A stretch of 64,000 nt of DNA from the NCBI GenBank assembly GCA_051294905.1, contig CM119372.1, forward strand, positions 33,482,001 to 33,546,000. The letters are read 5' to 3'. Both the position numbers and the translations under genes were made by a program. Each line of letters opens with the position of its first letter. Position 1 is the stretch's first letter. The DNA is from Botryllus schlosseri (lineage: Eukaryota). The notes under the pieces were generated by a model. The model was not told the DNA's origin. It saw only the letters and a program-made list of their open reading frames with translations, and searched no databases. Shown one piece after another: positions 63,805 to 64,000 of this stretch.

Positions 63805-64000
63805 TTTCATTAGACGCAGGCAAGCGATTCTCTAGGTCGGAGCTACGGAAACAAATCACTCGCATGTGAGCGTTCCGAATAGTCTTATAGAAATTTCTAA
63901 AGTCGTAACAGCTTAGTAGCATATGCGCGAATCCCAAGGCGAAAATAATCGAATGAACTATAGCCGCAGGCGTGCGATTCGCAGGACTTTAATTATACAA

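Overview
Eukaryotic (metazoan, probably invertebrate; species cannot be determined) AT-rich genomic DNA dominated by nested transposable elements. The main intact feature is a 3.9-kb two-gene ISL2EU-type (PIF/Harbinger-related) DNA transposon at 17493-21394. It has an AT target-site duplication (TSD), a spliced THAP-HTH-DDE transposase and a convergent SWIM-finger + YqaJ/lambda-exonuclease-like nuclease. It lies in a ~16.5-kb stack of nested elements (8419-24900) that also holds a deleted hAT/Tip100-like element, a foldback with a 7-bp TSD and a non-autonomous element with ~570-bp terminal inverted repeats (TIRs). Also present: a recent full-length Ty3/Gypsy (Mag-like) LTR retrotransposon (57431-62297) with a frameshifted gag, Penelope-like fragments with candidate minimal hammerhead ribozymes, a tRNA/V-domain SINE, a Mutator-like MITE and many hAT MITEs with 8-bp TSDs. 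Host-type genes are an intact intronless CaMKII/CASK-like kinase, a pseudogenised paralogue and a class A GPCR pseudogene split by a MITE. All coordinates and alignments were read by eye; no database searches were run.
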